The notes: a model not told the origin generated them from the sequence alone. A stretch of DNA of 64,000 nt from Escherichia coli (GCF_003991155.1 NZ_CP031294.1); one strand, 5' to 3'; counted from the first letter of the stretch, positions 1 to 9,553 are shown. Translations and numbers: made by a program.

Positions 1-1198
1 AAAGATTGTCGTTAATTACACATTTTATCTTAGAAATAAACTCAGATTCATTGTCCTTGAATGAGTCACTAAAAATATCCCAAACATTGTTAACCTCACA
101 TAAAGCCTTGTGTTCTTTATATTGTTTATTTTTTTCTTCTATTATACCTCGAATATTGCTTTCAGTAGAAAGATAACCATTCTTGAGATAAAAATCTATG
201 TCATCATCGAAAGCAATTTCCGCTCGTTCATAAATAATATCAAGACTATTAATAAATGAATATACAGAATCATCCTTTTTATCATCTAACATGTAATCAA
301 ATACATGTATGTTTTTAATTGATTCTTTAAACAAGGCATAATCAACACCTGGAACACCAGAATAGTAAACCACTGAAAACAGAACCAATCTATTGATAAA
401 ACTTTCTCTAACCTTATCCTCTGCCAAGCTTAGCTCATTCCTAAGATTAACCAGAGATGTTTTTATTTTATTTAATATACGGATATTTTTAATGCCTAAG
501 TCATTTGCTAAGACTTTTAACAAAAGAAAATCAGAATCAGTTTCATAAAAAACTTTACGTAAGTTCTTCTCAGGCGTAGGATCGTATTTTATTTCGACAT
601 CAATTACTTTTTCTCTGTACTCTAAAAACTGTTTTTTTGCAGTTTCATCATGTAAATTATCTTCATTTAAAATTAGAACAACTTTGCAACCTTTTCTTCT
701 TGCTAATTCATCAATTACCCCCATAATTTCTTTAACTTCTAGCGAATTACCTTTTCTTTCAACATCATCAATACAAACCAAATAATTATTAACAAATTTA
801 TACTCAAGAGATGACAGCAGGTTATCTGTTTTGAACCCAAAAAAATCGTTCTTTCCGAAATGTATTAAAAATTTTGACAAGGAGTTGTATTTCAACCATC
901 CCCAAAACCCATTTCTATAACGAATCATAGTTCGATCCGTTTCAGATAAAATTAGTTCTTTATATTTCTTTTCATTAATTGGTGTGGCACAATGATAAAG
1001 AGTTTTTTTAATATCACCAATAGAGTTAACCCCAAACAAAGAAACATACGAATATGCATTAAAATCTAATCCTTCAGAATGCTTAGTATAAAAACTATTC
1101 CAATAATGAGTTTTACCAACGCCCCAATCTCCTTTTATGACGGCAACCCGATGATCTGAAACTAGAAAATTTTTTAGAAATGATTCTATCGATTCCAT
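1..1198 (-). CDS. KAP-family P-loop NTPase; N-terminus at 1198, C-terminus runs off the window start (partial)
   Basis: Hand translation of the minus strand from ATG 1198..1196 gives MESIESFLKNFLVSDHRVAVIKGDWGVGKTHYWNSFY... A Walker A of the G-x-W-G-x-G-K-T type sits near the N-terminus and a KAP-style Walker B LVCIDDVERK follows about 150 aa later. An AAGGA RBS lies 8 nt upstream. The frame stays open to position 1. The gene is very AT-rich compared with the neighbouring par genes. Confidence 0.55.
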   Translation of the reverse strand, partial: MESIESFLKNFLVSDHRVAVIKGDWGVGKTHYWNSFYTKHSEGLDFNAYSYVSLFGVNSIGDIKKTLYHCATPINEKKYKELILSETDRTMIRYRNGFWGWLKYNSLSKFLIHFGKNDFFGFKTDNLLSSLEYKFVNNYLVCIDDVERKGNSLEVKEIMGVIDELARRKGCKVVLILNEDNLHDETAKKQFLEYREKVIDVEIKYDPTPEKNLRKVFYETDSDFLLLKVLANDLGIKNIRILNKIKTSLVNLRNELSLAEDKVRESFINRLVLFSVVYYSGVPGVDYALFKESIKNIHVFDYMLDDKKDDSVYSFINSLDIIYERAEIAFDDDIDFYLKNGYLSTESNIRGIIEEKNKQYKEHKALCEVNNVWDIFSDSFKDNESEFISKIKCVINDNL

Positions 1199-1249
1199 TA
1201 GTATCAATCCTTTAATTCATATATTGGGCGTAACAAACGCCCAATATAA

Positions 1250-1609
1250 TCAACCTTTCTTCATCAACTCTCGTTTAATTTCATCGGTACGCATCGTAAC
1301 GTCGGCAGCTGTGATCGCCTCGTTAAGCTTCACGATGTCCTCGATTTCCTGCGGTGACTTCTCTGCCAGATGGAAAATGGCTGCTCGAATCACGTCAGAA
1401 CGAGTGAACTTCTCGAAGCGAGGGATGAACTTCATCATCTCCAGCAGTTCGAAGTATTCGTCTTCCAGTGACATTGTGCGGCTTTTAATTTTCTCTTTGC
1501 CACGAGTCGGGCGTCCCTGTGGTCTGACTGGTTGGCGCAAAGGAGTTGTGTTCTTAGCCGGTGCATCAGGCTCTTTGCGCTTTGCTAGGTCACCCATTTT
1601 CATGGACAT
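1250..1609 (-). CDS. ParG-like small centromere-binding protein (basic N-terminus, C-terminal ribbon-helix-helix-like region)
   Basis: The 119-aa ORF sits directly downstream of the ParA-type ATPase and overlaps it by one codon (ATGA-type coupling). The N-terminal tail is Lys/Arg/Pro-rich and the C-terminus is a short helical domain. This layout is typical of ParF/ParG type Ib partition cassettes. Confidence 0.5.
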   Translation of the reverse strand: MSMKMGDLAKRKEPDAPAKNTTPLRQPVRPQGRPTRGKEKIKSRTMSLEDEYFELLEMMKFIPRFEKFTRSDVIRAAIFHLAEKSPQEIEDIVKLNEAITAADVTMRTDEIKRELMKKG

Positions 1610-2277
1610 TATTCTTCTTCCTCCAGACTCAACAGATAATCTACAAATTCTTCAAACTCGGCTTCCGCCTTTTTGTCGCGCTCGTTACCGGTCATTTCAA
1701 AGATAGAACGACCAGACTCTTCCGCATCATCATAGACGTTGCGGTTATATAGATTGACTGGCGCAGACTCGATGCCAAACGTCTCAACAATCTCTTTAGC
1801 CGCCAGAATGCGAGACACTTGTGATGGCAAAGCCGGGCACTGGTTCATGACCGCGCGGACCTTCACTTTATCGTTTACATTACGAACATTGTCGATAATA
1901 GGATCAATGTCACGTAAAGATTTCAAATCACGACGCTTAGGACGCAGCGGGATAATGATAACGTCAGCCATCAGCATCGCTTGTCGCTGAATTTCGGAGT
2001 CGAAGCCACCAGCATCTACCACTACAAACTCAGCTCTACCCTGAAGCGATTTTAGGTGCTTAATGATGTCATCCTGAACGTATGCAAAAGGAATCAGCTC
2101 AAGGTCTTCGTTCTGTCGACGGTCTTCACACCAGCTCGTTGTCGTGCGCTGAATATCTATATCGGTAATATAAACCTTCTTCTTCTTTTTGACTTTCAGG
2201 CAAACGGCAATTTGCTGGGCAACGGTGGATTTGCCAGGCCCGCCCTTTGTGCCGCCAACCACAAAGATCTTGGTCAT
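1609..2277 (-). CDS. parA: ParA/ParF-family partition ATPase (deviant Walker A)
   Basis: The N-terminus reads MTKIFVVGGTKGGPGKSTVAQQIA, a deviant Walker A of the KGGxGKS/T type. The size is 222 aa. An acidic C-terminus and a downstream small DNA-binding partner complete the pattern. Confidence 0.85.
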   Translation of the reverse strand: MTKIFVVGGTKGGPGKSTVAQQIAVCLKVKKKKKVYITDIDIQRTTTSWCEDRRQNEDLELIPFAYVQDDIIKHLKSLQGRAEFVVVDAGGFDSEIQRQAMLMADVIIIPLRPKRRDLKSLRDIDPIIDNVRNVNDKVKVRAVMNQCPALPSQVSRILAAKEIVETFGIESAPVNLYNRNVYDDAEESGRSIFEMTGNERDKKAEAEFEEFVDYLLSLEEEE

Positions 2278-2312
2278 TGGAGAGTTCCCTTTGCGTATAT
2301 AATTATCGTCTG

Positions 2313-2325
2313 AAACAACTTGTTT
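2313..2325. promoter_or_regulatory. Palindrome AAACAACTTGTTT followed by TTCTTAT, 36 bp upstream of the parA start. Same family as the island operators.
   Basis: Direct reading gives tataattatcgtctgAAACAACTTGTTTtcttatatg. Other copies are at 41013, 42249, 43152, 46268, 46318, 59090 and 59819. Confidence 0.45.
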
Positions 2326-2453
2326 TCTTATATGTGATATAGCCTAAATGCCTACGGCTGTGGTGTAAAGGTTAAATGGTAGGTGCTGCCTTAGAATTTT
2401 TAGGCGAGAATTAATGGCTGTTAACAAAAAAGGCGACCAAAGTCGCCTGATTT

Positions 2454-3206
2454 TTAATCTTTTAGGTATAAACCTACTGGAGTTCTTGTTTTGCGGGAGA
2501 TGATAAGTACGATAAATTTCTGAACGTTAACTTGCACTTTGTTTGGGAGCCAAGAGCTTAACTCTGCATCAAGCAACAATCCTCTGTTCCACGGCAAAAA
2601 TCCGGTTTCTTTCCCCATCCCGTACTCACCTAACACATCTTCGAACGTTTCTGTTTTGGCATTGTATATACGCACATCGCCGGTTCGCATGAGAGGCCCT
2701 GCCCAGATCTTAGCACCAGGAATGGTTTGTGTATCGTCGCAGACTAAATGCTCATACCAATGAAGAAGAAAGAGATAGGTACGGTGACACAATCCTCGCT
2801 GACGACGCTCTCTGACAGTTTCGACACCAGCTACCTGGTAACATTCGATCTCATTACCGTCTTCAACAAAACTATATTCACGCAGAGCTATCCTACCAGC
2901 GATCGTATTTTTGTTTTCGTCCAGAAGCCCGGACTGGAGCACCTCTTTGATAATCTCTTCTTCAGGGGCATCTTCATCCGCTCGATCTAAGATGAATTCG
3001 CTCAGGTCGCCTTGGTCGCGCGCACCTACACGTTCCATAGAGACATACAGGCAAATGTCATCTTCTGGTTCAATGATTTCAATTTCTGAGATTTTATAGA
3101 GGTAGGCTTCATTGATAAGAAAGCCAAAACGAACAACACGAGTCTCCCCTTTATGAGGAAACTCGCTTAGATCTTTTGAATATGCGCTATCTAGTGTAGG
3201 AGCCAT
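2454..3206 (-). CDS. hypothetical protein (250 aa)
   Basis: Long minus-strand ORF in the operon between the lysis genes and parA. No recognisable motif. Confidence 0.45.
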   Translation of the reverse strand: MAPTLDSAYSKDLSEFPHKGETRVVRFGFLINEAYLYKISEIEIIEPEDDICLYVSMERVGARDQGDLSEFILDRADEDAPEEEIIKEVLQSGLLDENKNTIAGRIALREYSFVEDGNEIECYQVAGVETVRERRQRGLCHRTYLFLLHWYEHLVCDDTQTIPGAKIWAGPLMRTGDVRIYNAKTETFEDVLGEYGMGKETGFLPWNRGLLLDAELSSWLPNKVQVNVQKFIVLIISRKTRTPVGLYLKD

Positions 3207-3574
3207 TTTGTAGCAGAATCATCAGCCTTAACCGTGCTGACAATGCTACCATGATTGCGTAAGAAGCGGCGAATAGAATGTTCAATAACCTCCGAAAAAG
3301 CCTCGATAAAACGAGACAGCTCAGGGTACTGTTTAGCTGGCTTGACTACAAAACGAACACGACCATTCAGGTAAATTGCTTCAGCTAATGGCTTCACGCT
3401 TGCACCAGCGCGCTCAACATCGTCTTTGAAGGTAACGATGAAGCGTGAGTCTTCCGGTTCAATAGCGTCATTATTGAGCTTACGTACTTCAAGCTTGTGC
3501 TGATTCAGCACATGAGTCTCGATAATACTCGTGCAATCGCGAATAGTTTGTATAGAACGTTTCTCGTTCAGCAT
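3191..3574 (-). CDS. hypothetical protein (127 aa)
   Basis: Minus-strand ORF that overlaps the next gene by 16 nt, which suggests translational coupling. No recognisable motif. Confidence 0.4.
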   Translation of the reverse strand: MLNEKRSIQTIRDCTSIIETHVLNQHKLEVRKLNNDAIEPEDSRFIVTFKDDVERAGASVKPLAEAIYLNGRVRFVVKPAKQYPELSRFIEAFSEVIEHSIRRFLRNHGSIVSTVKADDSATKWLLH

Positions 3575-3798
3575 GTGTCCACCTTAGCCGTTAACACAAG
3601 TGTCATTGCGGCACCCCTCTCGGGGTTGAAGGCTACGAGGATGCGTAGCCTGTATGTGCCCACTTACGTGGATGCCTAATAAATCTACATCAAATTACTA
3701 AATGATTCAACATGAGCTTGAGTGAACAGGCGTGTATATGAGTGAAGATGCCATCTTTAGGATAAAAGGTAAACTGAGACCACTCATCAATCATCGCC

Positions 3799-4026
3799 TC
3801 AGTTCAGGTGCCCCCACTCACACAGCCTTTCACCTATCGTATTGTGGATAAGCAACTGTCGCTCCGTTTCCTCAGTCATAAAATCCTCTCTACTCACATA
3901 GATAGGATTTGCAGCATCGCAGAATAGCACGCCTGGAGCCTGCGTCTTAATCACGCACCCATTTATCAAGCAGCTCGCGATGAACACCAGAGGCATCTTT
4001 TTGCCGCACTTCATTAACCGTTTCAT
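3799..4026 (-). CDS. Rz1-like o-spanin candidate embedded in, and extending past, the Rz-like gene in another frame
   Basis: The alternative-frame ORF encodes ...MKRLMKCGKKMPLVFIASCLINGCV..., a lipobox-like IASC after a short signal sequence. An embedded or overlapping arrangement is typical of Rz/Rz1. The start is chosen by eye. Confidence 0.3.
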   Translation of the reverse strand: MKRLMKCGKKMPLVFIASCLINGCVIKTQAPGVLFCDAANPIYVSREDFMTEETERQLLIHNTIGERLCEWGHLN

Positions 4027-4198
4027 TTTTGACATCCACTGTGCTTTGAAGTCGTTTTCTGTCTTCCTGTTTTGCCTTCTCTTCCATTGCTCGTCGCGCC
4101 GCATTTCCGCCCATCGTGTAAGCGCCGACAAGAACGAAAAGAACGGCAGCCAGCGTAATCAAAGCAACTTTTAGCTTTGTCATCAGGCTGCCTAGCAT
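3947..4198 (-). CDS. Rz-like i-spanin candidate (N-terminal TM helix plus charged coiled-coil)
   Basis: The 83-aa product reads MLGSLMTKLKVALITLAAVLFVLVGAYTMGG... followed by a K/E/R-rich helix. The gene is adjacent to the other lysis genes. Confidence 0.45.
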   Translation of the reverse strand: MLGSLMTKLKVALITLAAVLFVLVGAYTMGGNAARRAMEEKAKQEDRKRLQSTVDVKNETVNEVRQKDASGVHRELLDKWVRD

Positions 4199-4199
4199 A

Positions 4200-4919
4200 T
4201 TAGACCATCCCTTTCTGGTGTCTTCTTACCTGCGACCAGGCGATAAATCCAGCCACAACAATAGTGGCAATACCGAAGATGATGCGTACTGTATCCCCGC
4301 TAGAGATATGACCTTGTGCTTTATCCATAGCAGCGGAAACCTGCGGCATAACATCGGCCAGCTGCGCCAGACCAATACCTGCTGTAACAGTTGCGCCAGC
4401 GGTTTCTTTAGTTACAGGAACAGCCTTCACGGTTTTCACCGGCTTAACGACGCCAGCTCGACGCAGACCTTCCTCAATAACTTCTGCCGCATACCAGGTG
4501 TTCAGCGTTTTTAGTGGACCTCGACCATTCTCGTGGCGAATGATTGCCTCAACCAAAGGTCGAAGGATGTCGTAATCATGCAGATCGATGATCATGTCTG
4601 CGGTTACACCAACGGCTTTAGACACCTCATTAATGTAGGCGTCAGTGTTGTTTTCATTCGGCGGTGCCCAACGTTCAATAACTTCACGAATGGTATCGAT
4701 ACTTGAGCCGTCTTTTGCGCGACGTTTGTCGTGGTAGGTAATTAGAGTCACCGCCAGCGCACGAATCCCCCAAACAGGGTCTTTAAACGTGCAAAAGCGC
4801 GGTTCGTCTGGATTCGCAACCAGACCTTGCCACGGTGATCCTTTATCAAGATTACCGGGGTTATTATTACGAATGCCTCTCGGAGTCTTCATCCTTGATC
4901 TCCTGTTATTGCAGTCCAC
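4200..4919 (-). CDS. putative endolysin/lysis protein with a C-terminal transmembrane anchor
   Basis: The 239-aa product has an N-terminal motif GIRNNNPGNL and a hydrophobic C-terminal segment IIFGIATIVVAGFIAWSQV. It lies between the holin-like and spanin-like genes. Catalytic class not assigned from sequence. Confidence 0.45.
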   Translation of the reverse strand: MDCNNRRSRMKTPRGIRNNNPGNLDKGSPWQGLVANPDEPRFCTFKDPVWGIRALAVTLITYHDKRRAKDGSSIDTIREVIERWAPPNENNTDAYINEVSKAVGVTADMIIDLHDYDILRPLVEAIIRHENGRGPLKTLNTWYAAEVIEEGLRRAGVVKPVKTVKAVPVTKETAGATVTAGIGLAQLADVMPQVSAAMDKAQGHISSGDTVRIIFGIATIVVAGFIAWSQVRRHQKGMV

Positions 4920-5241
4920 TTTTTACGCCATACGCGGCTAACCCCAAAAGCAGTGCGGTAATAATGAACGACGTTATTTTAGAAACAATGCCGCCAAAGA
5001 ACCCACTTGAGATGGAATCTAACCGGTTAAGGAGTTTGTCCAGATTGGAGTGTTGAATACTATGTTGCGCCGGGGTCATATCACCAAAGTAGGTTTTCAG
5101 CTGATCATTGACCTCCTGGCCAATTTCTTCACGTAGCTCTTTACCTAATTTGCCAACAACCTCCCGAGCAACGATCGCGGCAATACGCTCAACTTGCTCT
5201 GTTGTAACGCCCGCCATCTCGTTCGACATGTTTTCCTCCAT
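4906..5241 (-). CDS. holin-like small membrane protein (single C-terminal TM)
   Basis: The 111-aa product is charged and helical at the N-terminus and ends ...ITSFIITALLLGLAAYGVKSGLQ. It is the first gene of the lysis cassette and overlaps the next gene by 14 nt. Confidence 0.35.
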   Translation of the reverse strand: MEENMSNEMAGVTTEQVERIAAIVAREVVGKLGKELREEIGQEVNDQLKTYFGDMTPAQHSIQHSNLDKLLNRLDSISSGFFGGIVSKITSFIITALLLGLAAYGVKSGLQ

Positions 5242-5431
5242 GAAAAGTCAAATCGGGATGGCGGATTTATATCACACTTCTCCTTTCAATTATAGGTATA
5301 TACTTACCTACCTATGCATATACCGTTTAACGGCTGTTCAAATTCGTATCTAGTAACTCACTAATATATCCCTATGATTGCGGCTGTGAGATCGCATTTT
5401 AAACCTCACAGCCATATAAATAATGTCTAAA

Positions 5432-8400
5432 TCAGTTACTTGTTGCCCCAACAGTACCTGCAAATTTCAGCCATTGACCTGACGGACTTCTATTACTACG
5501 GTAATGATAAACGAGGATTGCGTTTGTAACTCCACCGTAGTCAGCTTTATGTGACGTTGTTAAACGAATTGTATAATCACCGTTAGGTAGATTAAAAACT
5601 TCGATTATAGATTCTGCTAATTCTACAGCACCAAATCCCGTTATATTGTTGATACTGCCAGCATTGAATCCCATAGCATCGCCAAAGCCAATCCAATAAC
5701 TTTTGCTAAACGCCCCATTTGATTTTAGGTGGCTAATGAATGTGGACAAACTCATGCCCATATCCCCACCTGAAACAGAGGAAGTTCGCACAGTCATACT
5801 TGGAAGAGCACTGCTCTTCACATAGGAACTTAGAAGGTTTGTTACCTCTGTTTTCGTATAGGCATTAAGGTTAGCCGCAGTCAAAGTAATATCGGCAGAG
5901 CCATCAAACGCCACACCAGCAATTTTCCTTGCTGTCTGCAATTTTGTGGCAGTGGCAGCATTACCAGTAGTGTTCTGATTACCGGTTGTATTCACACCAG
6001 GTATTGAATCCTTAGCGGTATATACCTGCGCCCACGCAGACCATGCCGCATCAGTGGTATCTCTTCGGGAGCGAATGAAAACCGGCGCATGTGCACCGCT
6101 CGTACCACTCCAGCCAATAAGCAACTCGCCCTCACCAGCAGCACTCGCACCTTTCATGTGCAATACGTTGCCATACGTGGTCGGGTAGCTATTGCTGTAC
6201 GCCTCGTACATTTGAATGCCAGCAGTACCTTGAGCAGAACCGCTTAACGCCGTAACTCGGCCACGAGATACCAATGTATTAATGTTGATATCGCCTGAGC
6301 CATCAAACTTAACACCATTGATGTTTCTCGCTGTTTGCAACTTCGTAGCTGTTGAAGCATTACCGTTCAAACTACCATTTACGCCACCAGTCACATTTAG
6401 TCCATTACCAATTGATACAGCACCGCTGGTATTATTAATTGTAATAGGTCGCAAACCGTTCCATGAACCTAATGTGTCTCCTGATGCTGTTAGCATGAAA
6501 TATGTGTTCGATCCATCATTACGGATAAAGAACCCAAAGCTACCGTAAGCAATGCGGAAACCATTTGCATATTTTGAAATGATCTCGCCAGAAGATGTCA
6601 AACCTCCAGATAATGTACCACCGGTAAGAGGTAATGCACCGACATCAGAGGCTGTTGGTTTGTTTTTCGTGTTATATACTCTTCGCCATCCTGGAGAATA
6701 ATCTGTGCCATTAAATACATAGATAAACTCCGCATTAGTGAGAGCACCAGAGACACTCGTCGTTGTGGCCGTTGTTATACGGATCGTATAATTGTTTGAG
6801 CTACTACCGTTATTAAATACCTCTATAACAGCTCCTGCCAATGGAATAACGCCACAACCAGTTTCACTATTTGGTATGGTTGCACTATTGGCATAGGCCC
6901 ACGCACATCGAGCAATCCATGACTTTGTGTTAAATGCTCCATTATTTTGCAATAACGTCACTAACTGTGCTGTTGTTATTGCTCCGCCATTACTTCCTGT
7001 AGTTAACCAACCAGTAGGAGATGCCGGGCAACCTATATTTGCTGGCGACAAGGAAATATTTGCCGAGCCGTCAAACGACACCCCATTAATAGTACGCGCA
7101 GTCTGCAACTTCGTAGCAGTAGCCGCGTTGCCCGTTGTATTCTGATTACCAGTCGTATTAACACCTGGCAAATTAATATTCGCAGTACCATCAAAGCTCA
7201 CGCCGCCGATAGTTCTTGCCGTCTGAAGTTTTGTAGCAGTTGCAGCATTACCAGTGGTGTTCTGATTACCCGTAGTATTTACACCTGGAAGGTTGATATT
7301 TGCAGAACCGTCGAAACCAACTCCACCGATAGATCTTGCCGTCTGCAATTTCGTGGCTGTACTTGCATTACCATTCAATGAACCAGTTAATCCACCTGTA
7401 ACAGACAACGGACCTGAAACTGTTCCTCCGGTTGTTGGCAGTGCTCCAATATCTGATGGTGTAGGTTTCTGATGTGAGCTATACATCGTATAAACAACAC
7501 CATCGGTAACGCTGGAAGGCTTACTCGCTGAATATGTTGGCGAGGTATAAATAGAAACTGTCGCATTTGCAGTACAATCCCAATGGATATTTACACGAGT
7601 CGCATAATTGCCAATCTCAACGTAAATATCATATGTATCGCCGGATGTGTTGATCCAGGCGAAATTCGTTAATCCGACAGCTGTACGCTTCCACAAAGCA
7701 CCTGTAATCCCTTTGGGGTTTCCATTGCCTGCTCGTAGAACCAGTTCTGAAATGCCTGCCTGATGTGGGGAGCCGACGTTGTAACCAGCGCCACCAATCA
7801 ATGCGATGTAAACGATGGAACTCGCTTGTGGCATGGTAACCGTAGCCAGTTTGAACCACCCTGCCCCGCCAGAGAAAGACATCGTTACTGAATTTAAAGT
7901 ACCAATATCTTTCGGCGTTAATGTGATATCCGCAGTCAGTGCTTTACCGTTAACTTTTCGGTTAGATGGCACCCTGCTATTCGCATTGTCATTGGCTGCT
8001 TTAACTGCTTTTGGCGTTGCGGCCAGCGATTCACTGGTGCTGTCGACAGCACTGCTAAGTTTCACAACACCTTTAGTTGTAAGGCTTGCGTCTTCCATCG
8101 CAACTGCACCGGCAATCTCTTCAGCACGATCAGCAGCAGCTTCCGCACGGGTCGCAGCGGATTCAGCAGCAGTTTTGCTCTGAGATGCTGCCGTCGCACT
8201 GCCTGCCGCCTCTGTTGCTTTCGTGGATGCCGTCGTGGCACTGCCCTTCGCTGCTGACGCCTGTCTGGTCGCCTCATCTTTTGAAGCAGACGCAGATGAT
8301 GCCGATGACGCCGCCGAACTGGCGGACGATGCGGCAGCCGTTTTTGAGGATTCTGCGCTGGTTTCCGACGCTTTCGCGTTCGTTTCGGATGTCTTCGCTG

Positions 8401-9460
8401 CGGAAGCAGACCTCGCTGCTGCGCTGGCCTGTTCAGTGGCTTCGCCAGCCTTCGTTGTGGCTGTTGAAGCAGACGATGCGGCACTTTCTGCCGATTTTCC
8501 GGCGGCGGTGGCACTGGCTGAGGCCTGCCCGGCACTTGTTGACGCGGCACTGGCAGACGACGCAGCCGCTGTTTTTGAGCCTGCCGCAGCTGAGGCACTC
8601 TGTGCTGCTGCCGTCTCAGAAGACTTAGCGTTCGTCTCGGACGTTTTTGCCGCCTTCGCGGAATTGCCTGCCGCTGTTGCCGAGGAGGCTGCACTACTGG
8701 CGCTCAAGGATGCGTTCGTTTCTGATGATTTCGCTGCCTCTTTTGAGGCCGCCGCATCCCGGACTGAGGTGGCAGCTTCTGACGCTTTCGTGGTCGCGGT
8801 GGATGCAGAAGTGGCTGCTGATTGTTGTGACGCTGCGGCATTCGTTTCAGATTTTTTCGCAGCAGTTGCACTCGCACTTGCGGCACTTTGTGAGGATGCC
8901 GCAGCGGATGCACTTTGAGACGCTTGAGAGGCTTTTTCTCCAGCGGTATTGGCGCTTTCTGCTGCTGCGGCAGCACTGGCCGCCGCCTCACGAGCTTTGT
9001 CGCCAGCAGCATCAATCGCGTCAGTGTTATTTTTATACCACTCAACGTTTTCGTTGTGCTCGTTGACGATCTGCATTAGCGGCTTAACGGTTACTTCTGT
9101 ACCGTCTTCACGCTCGATTGTCACCTCATCCAGAGCAGTCAACCAACTGCGCATAGACTTGGAATCAGCCGACATACGCGACATTAGTGCTGTAAAGCGC
9201 GCGCTAAACTGTGTTAAGTCGCCTTCATAGGTCGTAATGATTCGGCACGGAACCTCAGACTGAGTTTCGCCGGTATAAGGTTCTGAGAGAACAATATTCG
9301 TATCGCTTATTACGCGCTTGATCTCATACAGCTTATTGTCGGGGCCAATGACGATCATCCCCGGCAACACACCATTAGCTGTTACGTTCCAGGCTGTCCC
9401 TGCCCCAACCAGAGTATTGCTACCCTGTGTAAATGTGATAGTACCTTCCCTGTACCACAT
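5432..9460 (-). CDS. stf: side tail fibre, lambda Stf-like. It has an Ala/Ser-rich low-complexity rod, five copies of the NASTATKLQTAR-x-I-x-GV-x-FDGS repeat and two related C-terminal-type modules.
   Basis: The 1342-aa product contains the stretch KKSETNAAASQQSAATSASTATTKASEAATSVRDAAASKEAAKSSETNAS..., which closely resembles the lambda Stf middle region. The motif GVNTTGNQNTTGNAATATKLQTAR recurs five times. Confidence 0.85.
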   Translation of the reverse strand: MWYREGTITFTQGSNTLVGAGTAWNVTANGVLPGMIVIGPDNKLYEIKRVISDTNIVLSEPYTGETQSEVPCRIITTYEGDLTQFSARFTALMSRMSADSKSMRSWLTALDEVTIEREDGTEVTVKPLMQIVNEHNENVEWYKNNTDAIDAAGDKAREAAASAAAAAESANTAGEKASQASQSASAAASSQSAASASATAAKKSETNAAASQQSAATSASTATTKASEAATSVRDAAASKEAAKSSETNASLSASSAASSATAAGNSAKAAKTSETNAKSSETAAAQSASAAAGSKTAAASSASAASTSAGQASASATAAGKSAESAASSASTATTKAGEATEQASAAARSASAAKTSETNAKASETSAESSKTAAASSASSAASSASSASASKDEATRQASAAKGSATTASTKATEAAGSATAASQSKTAAESAATRAEAAADRAEEIAGAVAMEDASLTTKGVVKLSSAVDSTSESLAATPKAVKAANDNANSRVPSNRKVNGKALTADITLTPKDIGTLNSVTMSFSGGAGWFKLATVTMPQASSIVYIALIGGAGYNVGSPHQAGISELVLRAGNGNPKGITGALWKRTAVGLTNFAWINTSGDTYDIYVEIGNYATRVNIHWDCTANATVSIYTSPTYSASKPSSVTDGVVYTMYSSHQKPTPSDIGALPTTGGTVSGPLSVTGGLTGSLNGNASTATKLQTARSIGGVGFDGSANINLPGVNTTGNQNTTGNAATATKLQTARTIGGVSFDGTANINLPGVNTTGNQNTTGNAATATKLQTARTINGVSFDGSANISLSPANIGCPASPTGWLTTGSNGGAITTAQLVTLLQNNGAFNTKSWIARCAWAYANSATIPNSETGCGVIPLAGAVIEVFNNGSSSNNYTIRITTATTTSVSGALTNAEFIYVFNGTDYSPGWRRVYNTKNKPTASDVGALPLTGGTLSGGLTSSGEIISKYANGFRIAYGSFGFFIRNDGSNTYFMLTASGDTLGSWNGLRPITINNTSGAVSIGNGLNVTGGVNGSLNGNASTATKLQTARNINGVKFDGSGDININTLVSRGRVTALSGSAQGTAGIQMYEAYSNSYPTTYGNVLHMKGASAAGEGELLIGWSGTSGAHAPVFIRSRRDTTDAAWSAWAQVYTAKDSIPGVNTTGNQNTTGNAATATKLQTARKIAGVAFDGSADITLTAANLNAYTKTEVTNLLSSYVKSSALPSMTVRTSSVSGGDMGMSLSTFISHLKSNGAFSKSYWIGFGDAMGFNAGSINNITGFGAVELAESIIEVFNLPNGDYTIRLTTSHKADYGGVTNAILVYHYRSNRSPSGQWLKFAGTVGATSN

Positions 9461-9553
9461 GTTGAATATGCTCCTTGATTTGGCGGGTTATCCTTGCCCG
9501 CCATTAAGTAAATACTTACCTATTTTTACCGATATAAAATTTTTTTTCCACCA

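Noticed and set aside
3575-3800. 225-bp gap with a CCCCTCTCGGGG hairpin downstream of the spanin-like genes, considered as an att site or small RNA
   Set aside because: There is only one short hairpin and no repeats shared with other parts of the window. It is most simply an operon-boundary terminator.
8062-9066. Cluster of long overlapping ORFs on both strands (8062-8694, 8086-8628, 8223-8918, 8647-9066, 8704-9045) with Ala-, Arg/Gln/Pro- or Leu-rich translations
   Set aside because: They lie inside the Ala/Ser-rich low-complexity part of the stf gene. The GC-rich GCN/AGC repeats keep alternative frames open, and none has an RBS or independent evidence.
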